DNA from: a bacterium
GTDB taxonomy: Bacteria > Chloroflexota > Anaerolineae > Epilineales > Epilineaceae
DNA: 64,000 nt
NCBI GenBank assembly: GCA_003576755.1
Contig: QEVT01000002.1
Coordinates: 346 to 64,345 of the forward strand
Reading direction: 5' to 3'
Both the position numbers and the translations under genes were made by a program. The notes under the pieces are model-generated. The model made no database searches and was not told the DNA's origin. It was given only the letters and a program-made list of their open reading frames with translations. Position 1 is the first letter of the stretch; each line of letters starts with the position of its first letter. This document shows, piece by piece, positions 26,218 through 34,647 of this stretch.

Positions 26218-28475
26218 CGATGCACGGCGCGCCACGCTTCCGGTACCTCAATCGCGAGAACCGTTGGGCCGGGTTCACGTTGAGGGGCCTCACCCTGGAC
26301 GAGGACGGCGCCCTGCGCCTGGCGCATCTGCCGGGGTTGGAGGGCGACGCGCCGGCGGGCCTCGCCGCGCTGCCCCGTCCGACGGAGCCCGGCGGCATCG
26401 CGGTAGGCCCGGACGGTGCGGCGTACTTCGCCGATGTCGTGCGGCATCAGGTGTGGCGCGTCGACCCGTGCGACGGGAGCCGGGCGCCGCTGGCCTGCAT
26501 CGGTGGTCCGGGCGATGTGCCGGGGACGGTGTACGAGCCGCGGGGTCTGGCCTACCACCCGTCCCGCCGCGCGCTGGTTGTGGTCGACAGCCTGAACCAC
26601 CGCTTGCAGCTCTTCGAGCTCGCGACGCTCCAGCTCGTCGACGTGTGGGGCGGTTGGGGCGATGGCGACGGGCAGTTCCGGAAGCCGTGGTCTGTAGCAG
26701 TCGATCGCGAGGGCAGCGTCTACGTGACGGAGCACACGACGGCGCGGGTGCAGAAGTTCGATGCGAAAGGACGCGTCGATGTCGGGTTCTGGGAAAAGGT
26801 TCGAAGCGCGATCAAAGAGAAGGAGCTTGCGTGGCAGCGGCCGGTCGCCGTCGCGACCAGCGGCGGCCGGCGCAAGGGCAGGGTCTACGTCCTCGACGGC
26901 GCCGCGGGCTGGGTCCATGTCTTCTTTGCGACGGGTGTCCATGAACGCAGTCTCAAGGTCGAAACAGACCAGGGGTCGGGTGTCGCACATACTTCGATCG
27001 AACCGATCGAGCCCATGGGTCTCGCCGCTGACGCCGAAGGCATCTACGTCGGCGACAATGCCGGCCGGCGCATCCTGCGCTTCCTGGCCGACGGCACGTT
27101 CGTCGGGGCAGCCCTAGGATACGACGGGCCGGTGGCGGCGTTGGGGATCGACGGGCAGGGTGGCCTGATCGTCCAGCCCGGCGCGGGCATGGCGCCCGTG
27201 ACGCTGACCGTGCGCGGCGGCCATGCCCGCTACGGATATGCGTGGGGGGGACCGTTCCGCAACGACAGCTACCGCGCCGAGCAGTGGCACTGGATTACGT
27301 CGGAGCTGGAGGCGAAGCCCGGCGCGCATGTACAGCTATTCGTCCTCTGCACGCGGCCCGAAGAACCGGCACCGGTGGGCGATCCCCCGTGGCGTGGCCG
27401 GGTTCAAGACTTCGACAATGCGCTGAAGGCCGGGCTGTCGCATGGCCCCGGGCTGTCCGCAACCGGACAAGCGGTGCCTTCGCCCTGGTTGGGACTACCG
27501 ATCGATGTGACGGAATGCCTGGTGCCCGGCGCGCCGGGAGGCGAGTTGGTGTGGGTGGGCGTGGCCATGACCGGTGACGGTCTGGAGAGCGCGGCGCTCA
27601 AGCAGGTCCGGCTGGAGTTCGATCATCTGACGTGGCTGCCCCACTTGCCCGCGGTGTATCAGGGCGACGATGCGTCGCGCCGCTTCCTGGCGCGCTTCCT
27701 GACGATGTTCGAGAGCCTGTTTAGCGAAGCGGAGCGGAGCATCGATCGGTTGCCGCAGTACTTCGACGCCGCGGCGGCGCCGAAGTCCGGGCTGGCGTGG
27801 TTGGGCAGTTGGCTCGGGCTGGAGGTCCACGAGGACTGGTCCGAGCCGACCAAACGGCGTGCGATCGCGGAAGCGATCGAGATGCACGGCCTGCGGGGAA
27901 CGGTCGAGGGGCTCCGGCGCGCCGTTCGGCTTTACACGGGCGCAGACGTGCGGATCCAGGAACCCTACCTGACGACCCAGTGGTGGTCGCTGGCGCCGCC
28001 GGCCGGCGACGCGGCGTCGTCCCTGGAGTCCGAAGGCTCGGTGCTCGGCCTCACCACGATGCTGGCACCGGCGGCGCCTCAGGGCGCAATCGTCGGGTCC
28101 ACGGCGACGCTGGACGGGTCGCACCTCATCTCAGGCGATCAGGTCGGCGAGCCGCTGTTTACCGACGTCGCCCATCAGTTCAGCGTACTGCTTTATCGCG
28201 GGGCAGGCTACAGCGATGCCGTCCGCGATGCAGTGCGGGCCGTGATCGATCGCGAGCAGCCGGCGCACACCACCTACCAGCTTTGTGTCATCGAGCCGCG
28301 CATGCGGATCGGTTGGCAGGCCCGGGTCGGCATCGACACCGTGGTGGCGGGCCCGCCGGGCGTGTCGCCCTTGGGCGATGCCGATGCCGCCGCGCCCGAA
28401 ATCACCCTCGGGGGCGATCCCCCGGGCGCAATCGGCGACCGGAGCCGTCTGGGCGTGACGACGCGCCTGCGCTAG
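26214..28475 (+). CDS. NHL-repeat beta-propeller fused to a P2 gpI-like phage tail protein domain (TIGR02242-type)
   Basis: NHL blades are VVDSLNHRLQLFE, GQFRKPWSVAVDREGSVYVTEHTTARVQKFD and IYVGDNAGRRILRF. The C-terminal LPAVYQGDDASRRFLARFLTMFESLF...LAWLGSWLGLEV...HGLRGTVEGLRRAVRLYTG is the gpI-family signature. An ATGA overlap at 26214 is the likely start. Confidence 0.75.
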   Translation: MTMHGAPRFRYLNRENRWAGFTLRGLTLDEDGALRLAHLPGLEGDAPAGLAALPRPTEPGGIAVGPDGAAYFADVVRHQVWRVDPCDGSRAPLACIGGPGDVPGTVYEPRGLAYHPSRRALVVVDSLNHRLQLFELATLQLVDVWGGWGDGDGQFRKPWSVAVDREGSVYVTEHTTARVQKFDAKGRVDVGFWEKVRSAIKEKELAWQRPVAVATSGGRRKGRVYVLDGAAGWVHVFFATGVHERSLKVETDQGSGVAHTSIEPIEPMGLAADAEGIYVGDNAGRRILRFLADGTFVGAALGYDGPVAALGIDGQGGLIVQPGAGMAPVTLTVRGGHARYGYAWGGPFRNDSYRAEQWHWITSELEAKPGAHVQLFVLCTRPEEPAPVGDPPWRGRVQDFDNALKAGLSHGPGLSATGQAVPSPWLGLPIDVTECLVPGAPGGELVWVGVAMTGDGLESAALKQVRLEFDHLTWLPHLPAVYQGDDASRRFLARFLTMFESLFSEAERSIDRLPQYFDAAAAPKSGLAWLGSWLGLEVHEDWSEPTKRRAIAEAIEMHGLRGTVEGLRRAVRLYTGADVRIQEPYLTTQWWSLAPPAGDAASSLESEGSVLGLTTMLAPAAPQGAIVGSTATLDGSHLISGDQVGEPLFTDVAHQFSVLLYRGAGYSDAVRDAVRAVIDREQPAHTTYQLCVIEPRMRIGWQARVGIDTVVAGPPGVSPLGDADAAAPEITLGGDPPGAIGDRSRLGVTTRLR

Positions 28476-28523
28476 AGAAAGAACATCCGTGCGCATCCAT
28501 CCAGCGTATCTTCAGGAGGAACG

Positions 28524-29411
28524 ATGAACCGCTCGCAACGAGCCAGATCGAGGGGTACCGACATCACGTCGCCGCTCCGCAACAATTACTTCCACGGCAA
28601 GATGATGGATGCGTACCACTTCCAGCTGGAGACGCACTATCACAACCACTTGCGCTCGATGCTGAACAGACTGGTGATCGGCCGGGGCGTGGTCTGCGGG
28701 CTCAACGTCACGCATCGGCAGGACTGCGACGGCTGCGAAGAGCCCGAGACTCCCGTGATCGACATTGCCCATGGCGTGGCCATCGATGCCTGGGGGCGGC
28801 CCATCGTGGTGCCGTCGGACGTCAAGTGCCTGCCCATTCCGAAGGACAGGATCATCGAGGCTCTGGAGCTGACCGAGGAGTATGGGGGCGCGGGCACCGC
28901 CAGCCGGCACGTCGGCCATGGCCCTCCGGGCAAGGACGACGACGACGATGAGAAGGGGCCCAACGGTTGGGTGCAGGTGCTCATCGGCTACCACGAGTGC
29001 CAGGTCGACCCGGTGCCGGTGTTGGCGGGGGACTGCCACGGCGGGCAGTCATGCAATGCCGGCACCATCCGCGAGTGGTACAAGTTCGACTTCCGTGCCG
29101 GCCGATCGCAGCGCATCGATCTGCACTGCAACATCCCGGATGTCGTCACACGCGGCCGGGTGAACTACGACAAGATCGTCGACTGGGTCACGATCCCGGA
29201 CGAGAACGAGCTTACGGGCTGCCGCGAACGTCCCGAAGCGTCGTGGCTGCCTTTGGCCGACGTGCACTTCGATCTGGATGAATCCGGCGACGCGCCGCGC
29301 TTCGTCATCGATCGTGTCGACATCTACCGCCGGCGGGTGGCGTACTCCAACCGGCTGCTCTTCGAGATGCTCTTGGACCTCATCCAGGCCCGGCGTGGCC
29401 CCAACCGATGA
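28524..29411 (+). CDS. Fibre/baseplate-periphery candidate, paralogue 3 (295 aa)
   Basis: RBS AGGAGG. YFHGKMMDAYHFQLETHYHNHLRSMLNRLVIGRGVVCGLNV...GVAIDAWGRPIVV has the same N-terminal module as the other three. Confidence 0.6.
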   Translation: MNRSQRARSRGTDITSPLRNNYFHGKMMDAYHFQLETHYHNHLRSMLNRLVIGRGVVCGLNVTHRQDCDGCEEPETPVIDIAHGVAIDAWGRPIVVPSDVKCLPIPKDRIIEALELTEEYGGAGTASRHVGHGPPGKDDDDDEKGPNGWVQVLIGYHECQVDPVPVLAGDCHGGQSCNAGTIREWYKFDFRAGRSQRIDLHCNIPDVVTRGRVNYDKIVDWVTIPDENELTGCRERPEASWLPLADVHFDLDESGDAPRFVIDRVDIYRRRVAYSNRLLFEMLLDLIQARRGPNR

Positions 29412-29432
29412 CCACTCAGCACGAGGTGAGAC

Positions 29433-30695
29433 ATGCAACGCACCACTGATTGCGGCTGCGGCTGCGGCCAAGGCCACGCCGGCGTGATGGAGCGGCCGCG
29501 CTACTTCCCGCGCCAGCTCATCACGCCCGACGACATGAACCTTGAGCAGGCGTACTTCCGCGACAAGATGCGGCGGCACAACAAGTACCTCCATGGCTGG
29601 GGCGTCGTGTGCGGGGCGCAGGTTTGTGCGGCCACAATGAAGGGAAAGGACGCCTCCGGCAAAGAGGTCGACGTCCCCAAGCCCTGGACCGTCGTGGTCC
29701 AGCCGGGCTACGTCCTCGGCCCCGGCGGCGACGAGATCTACATCGATTGCCCGCGCGAGGTCGACGTTCGCACGTCAGGGCTGGCCGTGAAGTCCGGCGA
29801 GCCCGCGGGTGCGTGGGAGGATCCGTGGTGCACGCCGGTCCGCGTCCCGAACAACGAAGCCGGCACGGTCTACATCGGGGTGCGCTACAAGGAGTTCAAG
29901 ACGCGCAAGGTCCCGGTGTACCCCGCCGGGTGCGGCTGCGACGACACGCAATGCGAGGAGTCGCGCTGGTGCGACGGCTACGAGATCTGCATCCTGGACT
30001 CGTGCCCGGACTCCCACAAAGGCCCGCCGCCGCTGAGCATGGTCGCCAATGCCAAGACGGCTGAGACGCTCGTTGGCAACCCATCTCCCCCGTGCCCTGG
30101 CTGCAGCGACGACTGCGTGGTCCTGGCCAAGGTCTCGTTCAACGCCGAGGGGACATTCGGCGATAACGGAATCGACCACTGCGCCTGCCGGCGGAACGTG
30201 CTGTCGTTCGGGCATGTGTGGTGGGGGTGTGGGGAGGCAGTGACGGATGGTACGAACGGTTCGGGCGGCGTTGAGCCTCCCACATCTGGGGAGTGTGAGA
30301 TCGTCGTGCATCGGATTGTTGCGCAGTACAAATATACCAGCGGGGCGCCGCAAATGGTACGAGAGATTACGCGACATGGCGGCACAGCCGATAGCGCGAT
30401 CAAGTGGGGCCCAGTGCCACACGACATCGCGAAGTACATCGAAGTGACTCTTGAAGGGGATGGATTCCTTTGCGGTAACATTGCAAAAGAGACTCAAGTA
30501 TCTGTTGGCCAAGGACTGAGGGTCGAAAGTTCTTGGGTCGAAAGAGTAGAGTTGACGAACAGTCGACAGCGCCTTATCTTCCAACTCGTTCGCGACGAGG
30601 CTCCGGTGTTCACTCCGGGCTTTCGATCACTCACTATCATCAACGCCGTGGGTAAGTCATGGCGACTCGATAATATCATCGAGGTGACAGAATAG
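29433..30695 (+). CDS. Fibre/baseplate-periphery candidate, paralogue 4 (420 aa), Cys-rich with a low-GC C-terminal domain
   Basis: YFPRQLITPDDMNLEQAYFRDKMRRHNKYLHGWGVVCGAQV...GYVLGPGGDEIYI. There are more than 20 Cys, including CGCGCG at the N-terminus and GCGCDDTQCEESRWCDGYEIC. The last ~150 codons are visibly AT-richer. Confidence 0.6.
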   Translation: MQRTTDCGCGCGQGHAGVMERPRYFPRQLITPDDMNLEQAYFRDKMRRHNKYLHGWGVVCGAQVCAATMKGKDASGKEVDVPKPWTVVVQPGYVLGPGGDEIYIDCPREVDVRTSGLAVKSGEPAGAWEDPWCTPVRVPNNEAGTVYIGVRYKEFKTRKVPVYPAGCGCDDTQCEESRWCDGYEICILDSCPDSHKGPPPLSMVANAKTAETLVGNPSPPCPGCSDDCVVLAKVSFNAEGTFGDNGIDHCACRRNVLSFGHVWWGCGEAVTDGTNGSGGVEPPTSGECEIVVHRIVAQYKYTSGAPQMVREITRHGGTADSAIKWGPVPHDIAKYIEVTLEGDGFLCGNIAKETQVSVGQGLRVESSWVERVELTNSRQRLIFQLVRDEAPVFTPGFRSLTIINAVGKSWRLDNIIEVTE

Positions 30696-30719
30696 TCGGC
30701 GCGAAAGGGGTCGTGAGCC

Positions 30720-31601
30720 GTGGTCAACGCATTCGCCGTGATGCTCATGCAGCCAGACCTCCCGGATGCCAAGACGATCCAGGACAACCTCGACTGGTTT
30801 GTCAGTGCAGTCGTGACGGTGCTTGCCTTCTTGCTGCCCTATCTCATTCGCCATTACGGCCTCATCGCCTCGAAGGGCCGGGCCGATCGGCTGGGCCGGA
30901 TCGTCGCCCTCGCCGACCAGGCCGTGGCGATGGCCGAGGAGCGGGCGCGGAAGGATGACCTGCCGCTGGGACCGGACCGTACGGAGCGCCTGAGCAAGTT
31001 GGCGACGGCGGTCGAGTTCGTGAAGAAGGAGCTGCAGAAGTCGGGCATCGAGGTCGATCCGGAAGAGGCCAAGAACTACGTCATCGCCGCCTACGGGTCG
31101 AAAGTCGGCAGCGTCCTGCCAGTCGGCGCCATCGCCGCAGCGACGGCCGCCGTGGCCGACAGGCTCCAGAGCCTGGATCGGCGCGCGGACGTCGCGCTGC
31201 CGCCCGGCGTGGATCGCGCGACCCATCTGATCGGCCTCGCCGCCAACGCACTGCAGGTGGAGCTGGCCAAGTCGGGCATCAGCATCAGCGCCGATGACGC
31301 CGCGAGCTGGCTCAGGGCGGAGGTCTTCCGACGGCTGGAGGGCGACGATGCCGCCCTTCCCGCGAGCGACCAGCTGGAGCGGCTGGCGACCGAAGCGTAT
31401 GCGTTCGTCGACCGGCTCAGGGCGGGCGGAAAGCTCGCGCTACAGGCGTCCGGACCCGCGGAAGAGACCGACTTGCGCATCGCGGCCGCCTGGCTGCTCA
31501 GCGAAGTTAGCGAACGCGGGCTGCCGGTGTCGCTGGACCAGGTGGAGGGCGCGATCCTCGCGGCGCGGGCCGCGCGGGAGGGAGGCTCACTGAGGCGATA
31601 A
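30720..31601 (+). CDS. Membrane protein with one N-terminal TM helix and three LL-H-holin-like repeats (putative holin/lysis or release factor)
   Basis: The TM helix is LDWFVSAVVTVLAFLLPYLI. Three repeats follow with the pattern '...A..V...L.KSGI.V..DE.....I.A.V', for example ATAVEFVKKELQKSGIEVDPEEAKNYVIAAY, ANALQVELAKSGISISADDAASWLRAEVF and AAWLLSEVSERGLPVSLDQVEGAILAARA. The family call is from memory of the Holin_LLH pattern and is not verified. Confidence 0.5.
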   Translation: MVNAFAVMLMQPDLPDAKTIQDNLDWFVSAVVTVLAFLLPYLIRHYGLIASKGRADRLGRIVALADQAVAMAEERARKDDLPLGPDRTERLSKLATAVEFVKKELQKSGIEVDPEEAKNYVIAAYGSKVGSVLPVGAIAAATAAVADRLQSLDRRADVALPPGVDRATHLIGLAANALQVELAKSGISISADDAASWLRAEVFRRLEGDDAALPASDQLERLATEAYAFVDRLRAGGKLALQASGPAEETDLRIAAAWLLSEVSERGLPVSLDQVEGAILAARAAREGGSLRR

Positions 31602-31668
31602 CGGGTCGGTCTGCTGCTACCAAGAGAATTCTCCGCTCGCTTTTCTTCATGGCTGAGGAGGCCCCACC

Positions 31669-32580
31669 TTGACCGTAACACGACGCATCTTTGTTAGCAG
31701 CCCTCGTGACGACCACCTGGATGCTCGCCGTCGCAGTATCAAGTGGGCGATCGTCGAGCAAATCGAGACCCTGGGATACGAAGTGCAGATGTTTGGATCG
31801 CCTGAGGGGGGTCGAGGCTTGGTCAAGTCGCAGTCTTGGAGTTCTGGTGAGGCGCATAATGTCATGAAGCGATGTATTGGTGCAGCGGTCCTCGGACTCC
31901 CGATTTGGCGCGCTAGATCAATGGTAAAGAACGAGCCTTTCTCGCTGGTCTCAGAATATTGCCACTACGAAGGTGCCATGGCACGTGTGTATGGCCTCCC
32001 GATCCTTGCAGCAATAGAGAGCAATACAGCGGAAAGAGTCTTGTTCAACCATTACGCCGGCGATACGGCCAAAGTAATTCCAGTAGATGCCGACCCGGCA
32101 TGGGCAGCGCAGGACGACTTCCGCGCTTTCCTGGGAACTTGGCACTCCCAGCTTTCAGAACGCAAGGACATCTTCTTGGCATACAGCGGCAAACTGGTCG
32201 GGACGGCAGCCAGCATTCACAACATTCTGACGAGCTTGGGGGCAACCGTGCTCGACTGGAAGCGCGACTTCGTAGGAGCAAGAACGATCCTCGAGCAAGT
32301 GGACGACGCCGCGAGGCGTACGAGTGGTGGTGTGTTTCTGTTCACACGCGACGACCGAATCAAAGGAGGCGTCGCGCAGGCGGCGCCTCGCGACAACGTG
32401 ATCTTCGAGGCGGGATTCTTCGCAAACGCCAAAGGCCATGAACGCACGTTGATTATAAGAGAAGAAGGTGTGAAAATGCCCGCTGATCTCGGGGGCGTCA
32501 TCTACGAGTCCTTGCCTGATAGAGCAGACGTGTCGAGCCTTGAAGAGCGGTTGCGGCTTTTCCTCAACGTTGCCATCTGA
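31669..32580 (+). CDS. Tandem TIR-like / nucleoside-deoxyribosyltransferase-like protein; the C-terminal domain is CAP12/PycTIR-type (predicted NAD+ hydrolase)
   Basis: TTG start with GAGGAG 8 nt upstream. The C-terminal domain is DIFLAYSG...GGVFLFTRDD...APRDNVIFEAGFFANAKGHERTLIIREEGVKMPADLGGVIYESL, with the candidate catalytic Glu at nt 32407-32409. The N-terminal domain is RIFVSSPRDD...SEYCHYEGAMA..GLPIL. Confidence 0.7.
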   Translation: MTVTRRIFVSSPRDDHLDARRRSIKWAIVEQIETLGYEVQMFGSPEGGRGLVKSQSWSSGEAHNVMKRCIGAAVLGLPIWRARSMVKNEPFSLVSEYCHYEGAMARVYGLPILAAIESNTAERVLFNHYAGDTAKVIPVDADPAWAAQDDFRAFLGTWHSQLSERKDIFLAYSGKLVGTAASIHNILTSLGATVLDWKRDFVGARTILEQVDDAARRTSGGVFLFTRDDRIKGGVAQAAPRDNVIFEAGFFANAKGHERTLIIREEGVKMPADLGGVIYESLPDRADVSSLEERLRLFLNVAI

Positions 32581-32711
32581 GGGAGCGTGATGCAGTTGGT
32601 ATCACCCGCTGCGGAACACTCGCTCGTCGATTTGACTTCCGTCGATCAAGCCTTCGTCGCGTCTCGTGCGCAATGTAGGTCGACCAAGCATCTTGGCTCA
32701 CGCACCGAACC

Positions 32712-34589
32712 TCACGGCGGATCGATATGGATCATGCTAATCCAGTCGCCGCCCGCCGTACCATTGCCGCTGACCGCGACGTCGCCGATCCGATACGGCG
32801 GGATGTTGTTGCCATCTAGCGCCCGCCCGTTTTCCACGTTCAATCCCGAGCCCTGGGCATCCAGGATGTAGTCGCCGCGCAGCACCACCGTCACGCGGTG
32901 GACGCGCTCCAGGATTCCGCTCCACTTCCCCGCGTCGCCGCTGTCGTCGAGCTGCAGCAACACGCCCTGTGCCTTCGCCGTCGGGCTGGGGTCCGCGCTC
33001 ATGTCTGGTGGGATCGGCAGATCGTCCCATCCGACGACGAGCCGGACCCTAGCCGAGCGCCGCTCGTACCCGCCGATCAGGCCGGGGACATCCTTGCCAT
33101 CGCGCATGGCGATGTCCACATCGAGGTCCACGTTGTCGACCGATGAGTCGATGGCGACCGGGATCACCTGCATCGGCAACACGGCCTCGAACTCGAAGTT
33201 GGCGAGGTCGGCGAAGGACTTCTGGATCTCGGTATCGAACGGTGCGAACAACAGGTTCTTGAGCTTCGGCGTCAACTTGAACGAGACCTTCACGAACACG
33301 CTGCGACGGTGCAGCGTACGCACGAGCACGGGGTTGAGGAACGCGATCAGCAGCCCCGGCTGCTCGGCTCCGCGCCGTCGCGTTCGGGAGTAGAGGTTCT
33401 TTCCGAACTGCGACCGGTTCACCACTTCGTCGTGGTACCAGCTTGTGCCGATCACTTGATTGAACGTCGGCATAGCGCCCAATCCAGCCGGGCCTGTCGG
33501 TCCTTGTGGTCCGGTGGGGCCGGTGGGACCGGGGAAGCCGGTTCCGATCGCACCGGTGGGGCCAGTAGGACCGACAGCGCCCGCACCGGTCGGCCCGGTC
33601 GGCCCGGTGGATCCAGTGGAGCCGGTCACGCCAACTCCCGTCGGGCCGGTAGGGCCGGTTGGACCGGGCAAGCCGAGGCCGGTGGGGCCGGTAGGACCGA
33701 CAGCGCCGAGGCCGGTCGGGCCGGTGGGGCCGGGCAGGCCGACGCCGGTCGGGCCGGTGGAGCCAGTCGATCCGATAGGCCCGGTCGGACCGGTGGGGCC
33801 GACGGTACCGCCGTTCACGTCGCCAGTCGGTCCGGTTGGACCTCGGGGTCCAGTTGGGCCGGGCGTGCCTTTCGGACCGGTGGGGCCGAGCAAGCCGACG
33901 CCGGTTGGTCCGGTGGAGCCAGCCGAACCGGTCGGGCCGGTTGGGCCGGTGGAGCCATGGGGTCCAGTTGGGCCGAGTGCGCCGGTGGGGCCCGTGACTC
34001 CCGATCCCGCCGGTCCGGTTGGGCCTGTTGGGCCGGGTATTGCAGTGCCTTCCGCAAAGGCGATAGGGCCCGTCGGTCCTATCGGCCCTGTCGGCCCGGT
34101 GGCACCCATGGGGCCAGTCGCACCGTCGGATCCACAGGCGCCAGTCGGCCCGATTGAACCTGTTGGTCCTGTTGGGCCGTCGCTACCGTCGACGCCGGTC
34201 GGACCGATGGCGCCGGTCGGACCCATTGGACCGGTTGCCCCGGTCGGACCATCGTGCCCATCCGCGCCCTTCGAGCCGATAGGACCGGTCGGTCCAGTCG
34301 GGCCTGCCGGGCCCGAGGCTCCGTCACACCCATCCGCACCCTTCGGCCCGGTAGGACCCTCTTGTCCCGTGGACCCGATTGGGCCGGTGAATCCGATTGG
34401 ACCCGTGGAGCCGGTCGGACCCATTGGACCGGTCGGGCCCGTCGCGCCGTCGCAGCCGTCCGCGCCTGCCGGGCCCGCAGGGCCGGTCGGGCCGGTCGGT
34501 CCTGTGCAGCCACTCGAACCACACGGCCCGCTGGGTCCTTCAGGTCCAGGCGGGCCGGGTGGGCCGACGATGCAGATCGTGTCGCTCAT
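32712..34589 (-). CDS. Collagen-like triple-helix-repeat protein 1 (625 aa): 8-aa N-terminus, ~360 aa of G-X-Y (mostly GPT), ~260-aa C-terminal globular domain
   Basis: It begins [22 protein letters not shown] and continues as long G-X-Y tracts with a few interruptions. The non-repetitive C-terminus ends [12 protein letters not shown]...ALDGNNIPP...[16 protein letters not shown]. No signal peptide is present. Confidence 0.85.
   Translation of the reverse strand: MSDTICIVGPPGPPGPEGPSGPCGSSGCTGPTGPTGPAGPAGADGCDGATGPTGPMGPTGSTGPIGFTGPIGSTGQEGPTGPKGADGCDGASGPAGPTGPTGPIGSKGADGHDGPTGATGPMGPTGAIGPTGVDGSDGPTGPTGSIGPTGACGSDGATGPMGATGPTGPIGPTGPIAFAEGTAIPGPTGPTGPAGSGVTGPTGALGPTGPHGSTGPTGPTGSAGSTGPTGVGLLGPTGPKGTPGPTGPRGPTGPTGDVNGGTVGPTGPTGPIGSTGSTGPTGVGLPGPTGPTGLGAVGPTGPTGLGLPGPTGPTGPTGVGVTGSTGSTGPTGPTGAGAVGPTGPTGAIGTGFPGPTGPTGPQGPTGPAGLGAMPTFNQVIGTSWYHDEVVNRSQFGKNLYSRTRRRGAEQPGLLIAFLNPVLVRTLHRRSVFVKVSFKLTPKLKNLLFAPFDTEIQKSFADLANFEFEAVLPMQVIPVAIDSSVDNVDLDVDIAMRDGKDVPGLIGGYERRSARVRLVVGWDDLPIPPDMSADPSPTAKAQGVLLQLDDSGDAGKWSGILERVHRVTVVLRGDYILDAQGSGLNVENGRALDGNNIPPYRIGDVAVSGNGTAGGDWISMIHIDPP
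33480..34565 (-). repeat. G-X-Y (GGN-CCN-ACN-rich) collagen-coding triplet repeat tract of gene 32712-34589
   Basis: 3-nt periodicity is visible over about 1.1 kb. It also generates a spurious mirror ORF on the + strand (33460-34614). Confidence 0.85.
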
Positions 34590-34647
34590 GATGGTATCGA
34601 GTGTGATGGACTAAACGGTCAGTCTCGACGGAGGTGCAGGTGCTTCA

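Noticed and set aside
10114-31601. I considered interpreting the tail-gene cluster as a (defective) P2-like prophage or an R-type tailocin.
   Set aside because: No head, packaging, integrase, repressor or replication genes occur in the 64 kb. The DUF4255 cap, the AAA+ ATPase and the DUF4157 proteins are eCIS hallmarks. A tailocin-like bacteriocin role cannot be fully excluded and is covered under the PG-hydrolase finding.
32684-32696. A short inverted repeat CCAAG-CAT-CTTGG lies in the convergent gap between the TIR-like and collagen-like genes and was considered as a bidirectional terminator.
   Set aside because: It has only a 5-bp stem and no flanking U/A tract. That is too weak to call.
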